From NCBI GenBank assembly GCA_038734945.1, contig JAVYOA010000009.1, positions 124,001 through 188,000 on the forward strand: a stretch of 64,000 bases of DNA, read 5' to 3'. Below are positions 1-10,440 of this stretch, one piece after another (positions within the stretch are counted from its first letter, which is position 1; each line of letters starts with the position of its first letter). The notes under the pieces were generated by a model. That model did not search any database. It worked only from the letters and a program-made list of their open reading frames with translations, and was not told the DNA's origin. A program made the translations under genes and the position numbers. This stretch comes from Fervidicoccaceae archaeon. GTDB taxonomy: Archaea; Thermoproteota; Thermoprotei_A; Sulfolobales; Fervidicoccaceae.

Positions 1-1
1 C

Positions 2-331
2 GTGAGGATAGTTAGGCTCATGTGCTCTGGTAGAGCAGATCCCCAATTCGTTCTAGAGGCAATAGCTAATGGGGCGGATGGGGTAATAGTTGCTGGGTGC
101 CATCCGCCCTCAGATTGTCACTATCAAGAAGGGAACTACAGAGCCTTTAGAAGATTCATGCTCCTCCGAAGGGTGCTGGAATCCATGGGTGTCGAGAAGG
201 AGAGATTCAGACTGGAGTGGATCTCAGCCTCGGAAGCGAGGAAGTGGGTAGAAGTAGTGAGGAGCATGACGGAGGATCTCAAGAGGCTTGGCCCGCTCAG
301 AAGGGACGAAGAGGGGATAAAGGTTGAATAA
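2..331 (+). CDS. mvhD: Hydrogenase iron-sulfur subunit, MvhD/FlpD family (5' end likely outside window)
   Basis: RLMCSGR, GADGVIVAGCHPPSDCHY, RLEWISASE motifs; overlaps the downstream hydrogenase small subunit. Confidence 0.9.
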   Translation: MRIVRLMCSGRADPQFVLEAIANGADGVIVAGCHPPSDCHYQEGNYRAFRRFMLLRRVLESMGVEKERFRLEWISASEARKWVEVVRSMTEDLKRLGPLRRDEEGIKVE

Positions 332-1343
332 ACTGAAAGTAGCATGGTATTGGTGTGCTTCATGCGGAGGCTGTGAAGAATCTTTCGTTGATCTCTCGGA
401 GGAGCTGGTGGAGTTCTTCGAATCAGCCGATCTCGTGTTTTGCCCCGTAGCAACAGATTTCAAAAAGGAAGATGTTGAGAGGCTGCCAGATGCTTCTGTT
501 GACGTTGCTCTAATAAATGGGGGAATAAGACTGAGCGAGCACGAAGAAATGGTTAAGCTATTGAGAAGAAAGTCCAAAATTGTAGTGGCATACGGAACAT
601 GTTCTAGCTGGGGAGGAATTCCAGGCCTCTCAAATTTGTACAATAAGGAAGAGATTTTAAGAGCAAAATACCTTGATCCGCCTTCCATCAACAATCCTAC
701 GCATGCAGTTCCTGCTGAGAGAACGAGGCTCACCAAGCTGGGAGCAAATCTGGAGCTTCCAGCCTTCCTAGACTCTCTCCTTCCTCTAAATGCTGTCATA
801 GATGTTGATTACTATATTCCAGGCTGCCCTCCTACACCTGAAGTCTTCAAGAATGCATTAAAGGCTCTAATAAGCGAAAAGCTGCCTCCAAAAGGAAGCA
901 TAATCGGTGCTTCAGACAAGTCGCTATGCGATGAATGTCCACTGAATTCAACCAAGCCTGAGAAGATCTTGCTGAAGGAGCTTAAAAGACCTCACGAAAC
1001 TATAGCGGATGCAAAGAAGTGCTTGCTTACCCAGGGCCTTCTCTGTCTTGGACCAGTTACAAGGGGAGGATGCGGAGCTCTATGCATTAAGGCCGCCATG
1101 CAGTGTACAGGATGCTTTGGTCCACTAGATGGAATAGCTGACTACGGAGGAAAGGCCATCTCATTCATAGGAACAATAATGGACTATTCCCCTGCTGAAG
1201 AAGAGGAGCTGGAGCGTGCTTACAGTAAAATAAAGGATTGGGTGGGAGTAGTGTACAAGTACACTCTACCTGCCTCAAAGCTGGGAGGGAGAGTGAGGAG
1301 AGAAAAGACAAAAAGGCAGGAGGAGGCCGAGATAGATGAGTAG
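324..1343 (+). CDS. mvhG: [NiFe]-hydrogenase small subunit, MvhG-like
   Basis: CASCGGCEES, YGTCSSWGGIPG, IPGCPP, CLGPVTRGGCGALC, CTGCFGP Fe-S motifs. Confidence 0.9.
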   Translation: MNKLKVAWYWCASCGGCEESFVDLSEELVEFFESADLVFCPVATDFKKEDVERLPDASVDVALINGGIRLSEHEEMVKLLRRKSKIVVAYGTCSSWGGIPGLSNLYNKEEILRAKYLDPPSINNPTHAVPAERTRLTKLGANLELPAFLDSLLPLNAVIDVDYYIPGCPPTPEVFKNALKALISEKLPPKGSIIGASDKSLCDECPLNSTKPEKILLKELKRPHETIADAKKCLLTQGLLCLGPVTRGGCGALCIKAAMQCTGCFGPLDGIADYGGKAISFIGTIMDYSPAEEEELERAYSKIKDWVGVVYKYTLPASKLGGRVRREKTKRQEEAEIDE

Positions 1344-2802
1344 CAGAAAGATTGTGATCGATCCCATAACTAGACTAGAAGGGCACGGAAAAATAGCCAT
1401 AATTCTCGATGATGAGGGAAACTGCTTGAGAGCATATTTTCAGGTGCCGGAGCTCAGGGGATTTGAAAAGTTCCTGCAGGGAAGGCATGCTGAGGATGCG
1501 CCAATCATAACCCCAAGGATATGCGGTGTTTGTCCAACAGCTCATCATACAGCATCAGTAAAGGCTCTAGATGATCTATATAAAGCCCCTCCCCCCTCTC
1601 CAGCCCTGAAGATAAGGGAGATGTTCTACAATCTATTTATGCTTGAGGATCACGCACTTCACTTCTACGTTCTTAGCGGACCGGACTTCATAGTGGGGCC
1701 AGATGCTCCTAGGGCTGAAAGGAACATAGTTGGAGTCATGAATAAGGTCGGCAAGGAACTCGTGCTGAGGATCATAACGATCAGAAAGAGAATAAGGAAG
1801 ATGATGGAGATTATAGGAGGAAGGACCATTCACCCAGTCTTCGGTATGCCTGGAGGAATTTCGAGACCACTAAGCATTGAACAGGTAAAAGAAATTAGAG
1901 CTCTAGCAGACGAAGCTCTCAGCCTCTCCCTCATCACTCTAGAAATGTTCAAAAAGATTGTTCTGGGAAACAAAAGCTATCTACAATTGATTGAGAGTGA
2001 AGCCTATACCCACAGAACCTACTATATGGGGATGGTTGATGGGAAAAACAGGGTGAATTTTTATGATGGGCTAATAAGGGTTATTGATCCCAAGGGAAGA
2101 GAGATAGCTAAATTCCACCCCAGCAAATATCTAGAGCATATTTCAGAGCGCGTTGAGCCTTGGACGTATGTCACATTCACCTATCTGCGAAAGGTTGGGT
2201 GGAAGGGATTTATTGATGGTGAGAACAGCGGCATATATAGTGTTGCCCCCCTAGCCAGGCTCAACGCTTCTGAGGGAATGGCAACTCCTATCGCTCAGGA
2301 GGCCTTTGAGGAAATGTACGAATCACTTGGCGGAAGGCCGGTGCATTATACCCTTGCAAATCATTGGGCAAGGGTAATAGAGATGATATATGCTGCCGAG
2401 AGAGTCAAGGAGCTATCAGAGGACCCCGAAATAGAGAGCAAGGATATCAGAAACACAAATTTTTCGGAGCCAAGTGTTGGAATTGGAGCTGTGGAGGCTC
2501 CTAGAGGGACACTCATACATCATTATGAAACAGATGAAAACGGAGTTATAAAAAGAGCCAACTTGCTTGTTGCTACGCAGCACAACGCAGCTAGAATATC
2601 TCTCTCAATTGACAAAGCGGCCAGAAGCTTAATTAGAAAAGGAGAAATAAGTGACGGCCTTCTCAATATGGTTGAAATGGCCTTCAGAGCATATGATCCA
2701 TGTCTAGCATGCGCTACTCATGAGTATGGAAGCATGCCGCTTTCCTTTTATTTATATGATCAGAGAGGAAATCTGAAGAAAATATTGCACCCGAATGGAT
2801 AG
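1336..2802 (+). CDS. mvhA: [NiFe]-hydrogenase large subunit, MvhA-like (group 3c)
   Basis: TRLEGH, RGFEKF, L1 RICGVCPTAH, L2 YDPCLACATH followed by a cleavable C-terminal extension. Confidence 0.92.
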   Translation: MSSRKIVIDPITRLEGHGKIAIILDDEGNCLRAYFQVPELRGFEKFLQGRHAEDAPIITPRICGVCPTAHHTASVKALDDLYKAPPPSPALKIREMFYNLFMLEDHALHFYVLSGPDFIVGPDAPRAERNIVGVMNKVGKELVLRIITIRKRIRKMMEIIGGRTIHPVFGMPGGISRPLSIEQVKEIRALADEALSLSLITLEMFKKIVLGNKSYLQLIESEAYTHRTYYMGMVDGKNRVNFYDGLIRVIDPKGREIAKFHPSKYLEHISERVEPWTYVTFTYLRKVGWKGFIDGENSGIYSVAPLARLNASEGMATPIAQEAFEEMYESLGGRPVHYTLANHWARVIEMIYAAERVKELSEDPEIESKDIRNTNFSEPSVGIGAVEAPRGTLIHHYETDENGVIKRANLLVATQHNAARISLSIDKAARSLIRKGEISDGLLNMVEMAFRAYDPCLACATHEYGSMPLSFYLYDQRGNLKKILHPNG

Positions 2803-2833
2803 AAGCTAAAAATTTCCAACGAGATTCTATATC

Positions 2834-4255
2834 TCAACCGCTTTTCCCTTTTTCAGATGGATGAGCTCTGCGACCTATTCTGCTGAGGCTGAATGGTATG
2901 GCCAGCGCCATCAGAATGGCTTGGACAATAAAGGAATGTCTTATGGCGGCTCCTAGCTCGCTCAGCTCCACATTTATCAAGGAATCTCCAGGATTATAGC
3001 CTCCCAGAATGATTAGGTGCGATGCCACATTATATGGAAGCACCTGCGTCATTGTCAAAATCGCCAAGTTTAAGCTGAGAACAAAGCCCACATTGAAGGA
3101 AACATTTCTAATTGATGATGCAACACCTCTCCTCTGCGGAGAAACAGCTGTCATAACGGAGCTTGTGTTGGGAGATACGAATAGGCCAGTTCCTACACCG
3201 AGAATTACCTCTGCTGCTACTATTGGAGCTATAGTCGAGAACCTTGAGAGCAGGAAGAGGGCAAACGCTCCTGAGGAGAGTCCAGCTATCGTCACGGGGG
3301 CATATCCTATTTTATCTGAGAGCCTACCTCCCACTAGCCCGAAGATAAGGAAGCTGACCTCATATGGTACTAGGAGCATTCCAGTATAACTTGGTGAATA
3401 TCCAAGAACGCTTTGCATGTATATGGCTAGCAATGTGAGCGATGCTCCAAAGCCTATGGAATATAGAAATTGAGCTATTATTCCTCCAGTGAACTGCCAT
3501 ATCCCAAAGAGCCTGAGATCTAGAGCAGGTGCCTCATGCTTGAGCTCAACTATCACGAAGAATGCCAGAGAAACTAGAGAGACAGTGAGAAGAAAAATTG
3601 AGGTATCCCTATAACCATATCCAAACATTGTAAGAGCTACTAGAGCGAGAGTCAGAGAGACGGTGAATAGAGCAAATCCCCATGTGTCCAGTTTTTTCCC
3701 CTCTTTTGGTACGTAGAATTCCTTTAACCTGTTTCTTGACCACAGCAGAATGACAATTCCCATTGGAACCTGAACAAGAAAGATCCACTGCCACCCGAGA
3801 GCATCTATTATGAAACCACTCAACGTCAAACCTAGAAGAGCACCCACACGCCATGCTACTTGGTTTACACCTAGCCAGGTTGCAAGCCTATGGGGGGGAA
3901 CATTATCTGTCAGGATAGTTATGGAGAGGCTCATCAATATGGCTCCACCAGTCCCCTGAACTACTCTAGCAATTATGAGCATCTTTGGAACAAAGCTAAG
4001 TCCAGATAACAGAGCTCCTGCTGTGAAGATCACTATTCCCAGCAAGAACAGCTTGACTCTACCATAGAGATCTGACAGCCTTCCTATTATTAATTGAAAA
4101 ACAGTGGATCCAAGCATGAATCCCTGTATTATCCAGACCATACTCCATATGTCAGCCTTGATATCTCCTGCAATTGTGGGAAGACCTACTACAGCCAGCC
4201 TCGCATTAAATCCTGTTAGAAAGCTTGCGAGAGTTGTGACGGAGAGGATCATCAA
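2834..4255 (-). CDS. MFS transporter (DHA2/EmrB-like)
   Basis: GRLSDLYGR motif A, ARVVQG, many hydrophobic helices. Confidence 0.85.
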   Translation of the reverse strand: MMILSVTTLASFLTGFNARLAVVGLPTIAGDIKADIWSMVWIIQGFMLGSTVFQLIIGRLSDLYGRVKLFLLGIVIFTAGALLSGLSFVPKMLIIARVVQGTGGAILMSLSITILTDNVPPHRLATWLGVNQVAWRVGALLGLTLSGFIIDALGWQWIFLVQVPMGIVILLWSRNRLKEFYVPKEGKKLDTWGFALFTVSLTLALVALTMFGYGYRDTSIFLLTVSLVSLAFFVIVELKHEAPALDLRLFGIWQFTGGIIAQFLYSIGFGASLTLLAIYMQSVLGYSPSYTGMLLVPYEVSFLIFGLVGGRLSDKIGYAPVTIAGLSSGAFALFLLSRFSTIAPIVAAEVILGVGTGLFVSPNTSSVMTAVSPQRRGVASSIRNVSFNVGFVLSLNLAILTMTQVLPYNVASHLIILGGYNPGDSLINVELSELGAAIRHSFIVQAILMALAIPFSLSRIGRRAHPSEKGKSG

Positions 4256-4526
4256 AATTCTTTTTTTATCTTCTTCCGTTCAATCTCCCCTCACGCACTA
4301 CTGCTCTTCATATCCTTATCATGAAGTGCAAGAAAAAGGTTCTAAACAAAATGCGCTTTTAAGATTTTTCATTTTTGCCGGATAAAAATGACCTTAGGAA
4401 AAAAGCTTAATCCTTTCTCAGCATTCTTGCATCTTCTTCCTTCCAATAAATTCTACTGGAGCCTTCAGACAACTTCTATAAACAGAGAATTCCCTTTCTC
4501 TGAATTTTCAAAAAATTAGAATAAAA

Positions 4527-4715
4527 CTACTTGAACTTATCAGAGTGGAGGACTCCCCCGCTTGCCCAGCTATCCTTTGGGACTTCATAGAAGATGATAG
4601 TAACAGCTTCTCTCGGTATGCCTTGTTCCTCTAGCACTTTCGTTATTCCCTCCGCTATTCTCCTCTTAGTATCTGCATCTCTTCCAGGCCATAACGTAAT
4701 CTGTACAATTGGCAT
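4527..4715 (-). CDS. 4-oxalocrotonate tautomerase family protein
   Basis: Starts MPIVQI (catalytic Pro1), GRD..K, EVPKDSWASGG; start moved to the ATG at 4715. Confidence 0.85.
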   Translation of the reverse strand: MPIVQITLWPGRDADTKRRIAEGITKVLEEQGIPREAVTIIFYEVPKDSWASGGVLHSDKFK

Positions 4716-4763
4716 GCTCATCTCCAATTCTCTTGGTGGAAAAATGCAAATAAGAACTTTTTC

Positions 4764-5744
4764 CTACCTTTTCAATGGAAAGTGGCAAGCAACTAGGTGT
4801 CCCCTTTCTATTTCCTCTAGCATTGGCTCCTCCTTCATGCAAATGGTTCCAGCAAAGGGGCATCTGTTGCTGAACCTGCATCCTTTTGGTGGATTACGGG
4901 GATCAGGCATCTCTCCCTTCAACTCAATAGTCTTCTCAACCCTTCTTTTGCTTATGCTTGGTACGGCTTCCAGCAGTGCTTTGGTGTATGGATGTGCCGG
5001 AGATGATATTATCTGTTCAATGCTCCCCATCTCCACTATCTTTCCAAGGTACATTATGGCAACCTTTTCCGATATCAGTTTAGCAATGGATATATCATGA
5101 GTTATAAACAACATTGAGAGACCATTCTCTTTCTTGAAGCTTTCCAGAAGAGATACTATGGATGCCTTTATTGACATATCAAGCATGGACACAGCCTCAT
5201 CTGCTACCAAGAATTTTGGCCTAGTTATCATGGCCCTGGCTATAGCAACCCTCTGTCTCTGACCTCCAGAGAGGTTGTGAGGGAGCCTCTGTGCCATCTC
5301 TCTTCCAGGGAAGAGGCCGACCCTCTCAAGCATTTCAATGGCAATATTCCTCGCTTCCTCTGGGTCTGCTAGCCCAGCTATGATGAGAGGCTCTGCAACT
5401 GCATCCCCTATCCTCATCCTCGGGTTGAGGCTGGCATAGGGATCCTGAAAAACTATTTGCATGTCCTTTCTCAACTTTCTCATCTCTTCCTCCTTCAACT
5501 TCACTATTTCTCTTCCTATGAACTTAATGCTTCCAGCAGTCGGCTCAATGAGCCTCAGAACTAGCCTTCCGGTCGTTGTTTTTCCCGATCCGCTTTCTCC
5601 TATCAGCGAGAGCACCTCATTTTTTTCGATTTTGAAGCTGACTCCATCCACTGCTTTCACGAAGCCTTTCGCCTTTCCAATGAGTGAGGAGAACTCGAAG
5701 TACTTCTTGAGATCTCTGACCTCCAATATTGGCTCGCTATCCAC
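4764..5744 (-). CDS. Oligopeptide/dipeptide ABC transporter ATPase (OppF/DppF)
   Basis: GESGSGKTT, LSGGQRQR, HPYT, C-terminal GCRFSNRCP..C..CH. Confidence 0.92.
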   Translation of the reverse strand: MDSEPILEVRDLKKYFEFSSLIGKAKGFVKAVDGVSFKIEKNEVLSLIGESGSGKTTTGRLVLRLIEPTAGSIKFIGREIVKLKEEEMRKLRKDMQIVFQDPYASLNPRMRIGDAVAEPLIIAGLADPEEARNIAIEMLERVGLFPGREMAQRLPHNLSGGQRQRVAIARAMITRPKFLVADEAVSMLDMSIKASIVSLLESFKKENGLSMLFITHDISIAKLISEKVAIMYLGKIVEMGSIEQIISSPAHPYTKALLEAVPSISKRRVEKTIELKGEMPDPRNPPKGCRFSNRCPFAGTICMKEEPMLEEIERGHLVACHFPLKR

Positions 5745-5750
5745 GGTTTA

Positions 5751-6704
5751 TCACTTCCTCACAGCATGAAGCCAACATGAGACCTCTCTTCCATCGTGCT
5801 TCAGGAGAGGGGGTACCTCTCTTGAACATATTTCCATCGCTTTTGGACATCTTGGATGGAATCTGCATCCAGGAGGAGGGGATCTCATATCTGGAGGATT
5901 TCCCTGTATCGGTATAACCTTCTTATCACTCCACAGATCAGGAATGCTATCCAAGAGACCTCTCGTATACGGATGAAGAGGATCTTCAACTATATCGTTT
6001 GTCTTTCCCAGCTCGGAAAGCTTGCCAGCATAGAGCACCATTATTTTGTCGCTCCAAACAGATGCGAGAGAGAAGTCGTGTGTTATGAACAATATCGATG
6101 TCCCCCTGTTCTTCATCTTCTGAAGCAATTCCATTATTCCCTCCTGGACTATTACATCTAGAGCAGTTGTGGGTTCATCAGCTATCAAGAGCTTTGGTTC
6201 TAGGGACATCGCCATTCCTATTATTATCCTTTGCCTCTGCCCACCTGAGAGCTGGTGAGGATAGCTTTGCAGAACGTGGGGAGGAAGATTAACACTTCTT
6301 ACAATCTCCTCCACTCTCCTCATAGCCTCTCTCTTACTTACGCTTTCATGCTCTAATACCACTTCTATCATCTGATCTCCTACCTTTCTTAGGGGATCAA
6401 GGCTCGTCATGGGATCCTGAAACACCATTGAAATTTCCTTTCCTCTTATTCCTCTCAGCTCCTCTTTGTCGAGCGAGAGAATGTCCTTTCCATTGAAAAG
6501 GATCTCTCCACCGGTTATCTTTCCAGGAGGTGGAACAGCTCTTATAATCGCATATGCCATTGTGCTTTTTCCCGATCCACTTTCCCCAACTACACTTAAC
6601 CATTCACCTTGTTCAATAGAGAATGAGACCCCCTCTATAGCCTTCAGCTTACCTCCAAGGGTAGAATATGTGACTTCGAGGTTCTTCACTTGCAGAAGTA
6701 CCAT
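5751..6704 (-). CDS. Oligopeptide/dipeptide ABC transporter ATPase (OppD/DppD)
   Basis: GESGSGKST, FQDPMTSLDP, LSGGQRQR, ADEPTTALD, GCRFHPRCP. Confidence 0.92.
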   Translation of the reverse strand: MVLLQVKNLEVTYSTLGGKLKAIEGVSFSIEQGEWLSVVGESGSGKSTMAYAIIRAVPPPGKITGGEILFNGKDILSLDKEELRGIRGKEISMVFQDPMTSLDPLRKVGDQMIEVVLEHESVSKREAMRRVEEIVRSVNLPPHVLQSYPHQLSGGQRQRIIIGMAMSLEPKLLIADEPTTALDVIVQEGIMELLQKMKNRGTSILFITHDFSLASVWSDKIMVLYAGKLSELGKTNDIVEDPLHPYTRGLLDSIPDLWSDKKVIPIQGNPPDMRSPPPGCRFHPRCPKAMEICSREVPPLLKHDGREVSCWLHAVRK

Positions 6705-6710
6705 GGCCCT

Positions 6711-7577
6711 TCACCTTCCTGCCGAAGCTAGGCTGAATCTCTCACCAAGTGCCTCTCCTATCAGAGCGAAACCAAGGGCTAGCAGCATTATCATAATGCC
6801 TGGAAAGAAGCTGATCCACCAGAATCCTATTGTGAAGTATCCCTGACCCGCCCTTAAGTCATATCCCCAATCTGGAGTTGGAGGAGTCACTGATAATCCC
6901 AGGTAGCTTAGGCCTGCCTCCGTTATTATCGCATCTGCTGCGCTAAGAGTGAAAACAACTAGAACTGTTGGAAGCAAGTTTGGGAAAATATGCCTCCTCA
7001 TTATATGCCATTTGCTGGCTCCCATGCTTCTGGCTGCCTCAACAAATAACTGCTCTCTTAAGCTCAGGGTTTGACCTCTGGTCATTCTGAAATACGTTGG
7101 TATGTAGACTACTGCCAAGCTAATAGCAGTGTTCAATGGGCTTGGACCAAGAACGGAAGCAATTGCTATAGCAAGTATCAGAGATGGAAAAGCATAAATG
7201 CTGTCCATAATCATGCTCAGTACTCTATCCGCCTTTCCTCCAATGAAGCCCGAGTATATTCCAACTGGAATTCCCACAGCCATTGAAATTAGTGTAGCAC
7301 TGAAAACAACCAATAATATGATTCTGGAGCCATATATTACCCTAGAAAGGACGTCTTGGCCGATCTGGTTAGTTCCCATTGGGTGTGAAGGAGAGGGAGG
7401 AAGAAGGATCTCCGATGTAGCTTTGGTTGGATCGTACGGAGAAATCAGAGGAGCTGCAGCAGCAATGAATAATGTAGCGAGAATGATCAGGAGACCTACC
7501 TTGAACATAACGCTCTTTGGTATTACCGCACCAAGCTTCTTTAGAGCTCTGCTCAGCCCTTCTGACCAGATCTCCAC
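6711..7577 (-). CDS. Peptide ABC transporter permease (OppC/DppC)
   Basis: HPMGTNQIGQD, FVEAARSMGAS EAA loop, LSYLGL. Confidence 0.9.
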   Translation of the reverse strand: MEIWSEGLSRALKKLGAVIPKSVMFKVGLLIILATLFIAAAAPLISPYDPTKATSEILLPPSPSHPMGTNQIGQDVLSRVIYGSRIILLVVFSATLISMAVGIPVGIYSGFIGGKADRVLSMIMDSIYAFPSLILAIAIASVLGPSPLNTAISLAVVYIPTYFRMTRGQTLSLREQLFVEAARSMGASKWHIMRRHIFPNLLPTVLVVFTLSAADAIITEAGLSYLGLSVTPPTPDWGYDLRAGQGYFTIGFWWISFFPGIMIMLLALGFALIGEALGERFSLASAGR

Positions 7578-7588
7578 TTTTGTTCACC

Positions 7589-8617
7589 TCAGTACCTTAT
7601 TCTGGGATCGAGGAGCGCATAGAGAGCATCAACTATGAGGCTGATCAATCCAACGATGAATGCGAAAAATATTATGGCAGCCTGTATGCTTGTATAATCT
7701 CTGTACTCCAACCTCTCCACGATGAACGTTCCCATTCCTGGCCAGCTGAAAGTGCTCTCAGTCAGCACCATCCCTCCAAGCAATATGGCAAACTGCAGGC
7801 CCATATAAGTGACAACAGGCAGGAAAGCGTTTTTCAAAGCATACCAATAAATCTTCCTTTCCCTTATTCCCCTGGAGTAATAGTTTCTAATGAAGTCTGA
7901 GCTCAGTACCTCAACCATGTTGTTTCTCAGCAGCCTTGTATAGGCTCCGCTGAGCACTATTCCAAGAGTTAAGCTGGGAAGTATCAAATGAAGGATCGAG
8001 CTCTTCAGCGCTGCCCAATTTCCTGTCAGAACGCTGTCTAGAACATAAAGCCCCGTTATAGTTCTTGGGGCCAGTCCAGGGTCTATCCTCTGAGCTATGG
8101 GAAGCCACTTGAGATACACACCAAATACGTACTGAAGAACCATTCCCAGCAGGGGAATGAATGTTACATAGGCTGCTATGCTGTAGAACTTCAATGCAGC
8201 GTCAGTTTTGGTACCTTTCCTTATAGCTGCCAATGTTCCAGTTCCAAGCCCTATCACAATGCTCACAATGAATCCTGAAATTGCGAGCTCTAGGGTTGCT
8301 GGGAATCTCTGGGCTATATATGTGGAAATTGGCACTCCACTTGGAAAGGTAATAGTTACGCCGAAATCTCCTCTCAGCACGTTAAAAAGATACTCAAAGT
8401 ACTGCACATATAGTGGCTTATCAAGTCCAGCCATCCTTCTGAGATTCTCAAGCTGATCTGGCGGTATGTTCTTTGTTCCCAAGACTGCTAAAATAGGATC
8501 TCCAGGTAGGATCCTGAGAATTATGAAGACAAGCGTGTAAAGTATTAATATGCTTGGAATTATGACAAGAGCTCTGATAATCAAATATCTTGCGAGCCCG
8601 CCCACAAGGACCACCAA
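7589..8617 (-). CDS. Peptide ABC transporter permease (OppB/DppB)
   Basis: LPGDP, GLDKPLYVQY, HLILP, FSWPGMG, LDPRIR. Confidence 0.9.
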   Translation of the reverse strand: MVVLVGGLARYLIIRALVIIPSILILYTLVFIILRILPGDPILAVLGTKNIPPDQLENLRRMAGLDKPLYVQYFEYLFNVLRGDFGVTITFPSGVPISTYIAQRFPATLELAISGFIVSIVIGLGTGTLAAIRKGTKTDAALKFYSIAAYVTFIPLLGMVLQYVFGVYLKWLPIAQRIDPGLAPRTITGLYVLDSVLTGNWAALKSSILHLILPSLTLGIVLSGAYTRLLRNNMVEVLSSDFIRNYYSRGIRERKIYWYALKNAFLPVVTYMGLQFAILLGGMVLTESTFSWPGMGTFIVERLEYRDYTSIQAAIIFFAFIVGLISLIVDALYALLDPRIRY

Positions 8618-8636
8618 AAAAATACTCTGAAAAAAA

Positions 8637-10283
8637 TTACTTTGTTTTCGTAATTGAGTTATACATCAATATCATTGTTGGGCTTGGGACTATTCCACTG
8701 ATTGAGCTGCTAGCAGCAATATATAGCTTTCCTTCGAACAGCGGCACGATTGGAACATCATGAGCAAGAAGGTTTTGAACTTGAGCATATATCTGATTCC
8801 TTGCTGCTTCATCCACAGTTACTTGGGCTTGCTCTAGTAGCTTGTCCATCTGAGGATTGGAGTACTGATTGCCAAGCCATTTGTTGTCCCCAGTGTGCAG
8901 GAATGGTGTTGTATAATCATCTGGATCCAAATAGTCTGGATACCATCCCAACAAATAGGCACCCATCTGGCCACTCCTTGCATTCTGCACGTATTGGCCC
9001 CACTCCGCGCTCTGCAAAGTTACAGCTATCATTCCCGTCGCCTCAAGCTCCTGCTTTATCAATGTTGCCACACTGGCTTCAGTATCGCCATAGTGCGTTG
9101 GAGTGTACCACAATGTTAGCTGTAGCTTGTTAGTTTCGCTATATCCAGCTTGTGAAAGAAGCTGTCTAGCAAGTGATAAGTTCCCATCACCGTAATATGT
9201 CAGGAAAACTGGCTTATATGCGGACATAGATGTTGGTATCAAGCTATATAGCGGTGTTCCTGCTCCCATTAGGGCCGTGCTTATTATTTGGGTTCTATTG
9301 ATGGCTGCAGCTATTGCCTGCCTTACCAAAAGGTTGTTCGTCGGACTCATGTTAACATTGAGAACAAGGTATCTTATGAACGTGCTTGGCACGCTTATTA
9401 CATTGATGCCGCTCTGCTTGCTCAGTGCAACAATATCAGCAGGAAGCAGAGTTCTCCAGGCTATATCTATCTCCCCTGATAGCAAAGCCATTCTCATAGT
9501 AGAAGCATCTTTGTAGAATCTTATGATGACTTTGCTGTTGTTGGGGGCTGGACCATAGTAATATGGATTGGGGACTAGATCCAGCTCCTGATCTCTGGTG
9601 AAGTTTGCTATTTTATATGGACCAGCTCCTCCCCACAGAGCATCGCTCACATACCTATCATTGGGATAATTCGGATTCACTGGGAAGTAGGGTGGAGTAG
9701 CCAGGACAGAAAGGAAATAGCTGCATGGTATCTTTAAGTGGAAAACGACAGTTAGATTGTCTGGTGCTTCCACATCTTTAACAAAGCTCGTTACAAGCCA
9801 GCTTGGGTCCCCGTTTATGTTTATTACTCTTTTTATACTCCTAACAACATCATTTGCTGTTAGGGGAGTTCCATCGGAGAACTTCAGGTTTGGTCTAAGC
9901 TTGAACGTCCATATTGTTCCATCTGAGCTGACGGTCCAGTTCTCAGCGAGACCTGGAACAATCTCTAGAGTTCCCGGCTTGTATTTGACAAGACCTTCCA
10001 TTGTATTGTAGAGTATTTCCCATGTGAAGAAATCATATGCATTCGCTGGATCCAGATCTGTTACCTTGTCCGTTACGCCTATTACTATTGCTGCCTTAGC
10101 TTGAGCTGTTGTTGTAGTCTGTGTGGTTGTTTGTGTTGTTGTTGGAGAAGTAGTTGTTGTAGTAGTTGTTGTGGGAGCTCCGCCTCCTCTTGTGGCTAGA
10201 TAGGCTCCAACAGCTACCACTGCCAGTATAACTACAACTATTCCAATTAGGGCTGCTGATGATATTCCCCTCTTTCGAGACAT
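8637..10283 (-). CDS. Peptide ABC transporter substrate-binding protein (family 5) with N-terminal membrane anchor and Thr-rich linker
   Basis: PGLAENWTVS.DG..WTFKLR...FSDGTP signature; poly-Thr tract. Confidence 0.9.
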   Translation of the reverse strand: MSRKRGISSAALIGIVVVILAVVAVGAYLATRGGGAPTTTTTTTTSPTTTQTTTQTTTTAQAKAAIVIGVTDKVTDLDPANAYDFFTWEILYNTMEGLVKYKPGTLEIVPGLAENWTVSSDGTIWTFKLRPNLKFSDGTPLTANDVVRSIKRVININGDPSWLVTSFVKDVEAPDNLTVVFHLKIPCSYFLSVLATPPYFPVNPNYPNDRYVSDALWGGAGPYKIANFTRDQELDLVPNPYYYGPAPNNSKVIIRFYKDASTMRMALLSGEIDIAWRTLLPADIVALSKQSGINVISVPSTFIRYLVLNVNMSPTNNLLVRQAIAAAINRTQIISTALMGAGTPLYSLIPTSMSAYKPVFLTYYGDGNLSLARQLLSQAGYSETNKLQLTLWYTPTHYGDTEASVATLIKQELEATGMIAVTLQSAEWGQYVQNARSGQMGAYLLGWYPDYLDPDDYTTPFLHTGDNKWLGNQYSNPQMDKLLEQAQVTVDEAARNQIYAQVQNLLAHDVPIVPLFEGKLYIAASSSISGIVPSPTMILMYNSITKTK

Positions 10284-10440
10284 TTTAATATAACTCCCTC
10301 CAAATATTCTCCTATTTTCGTGGGATTCATGTGGTTAAAGCTTTCAAAAGTTTTTATTTATAAACTTTTGTCTCTATTTTTTTATTAAATAATAGTAATC
10401 AGCTTGAAAAAAATAATTTTTAAAAGTACTTTTTTGAAAA

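Noticed and set aside
4256..4526. Possible small RNA or gene remnant between the MFS and tautomerase genes
   Set aside because: No complete C/D box set, stable fold or convincing ORF.
5255..5270. CTGACCTCC resembling the solo-hairpin end
   Set aside because: It is the LSGGQ codon string of the ABC ATPase; no hairpin or TTTAC.
10106..10172. GTT/GTA trinucleotide-like repeats
   Set aside because: They encode the Thr-rich linker of the substrate-binding protein; not a CRISPR array or contingency repeat.
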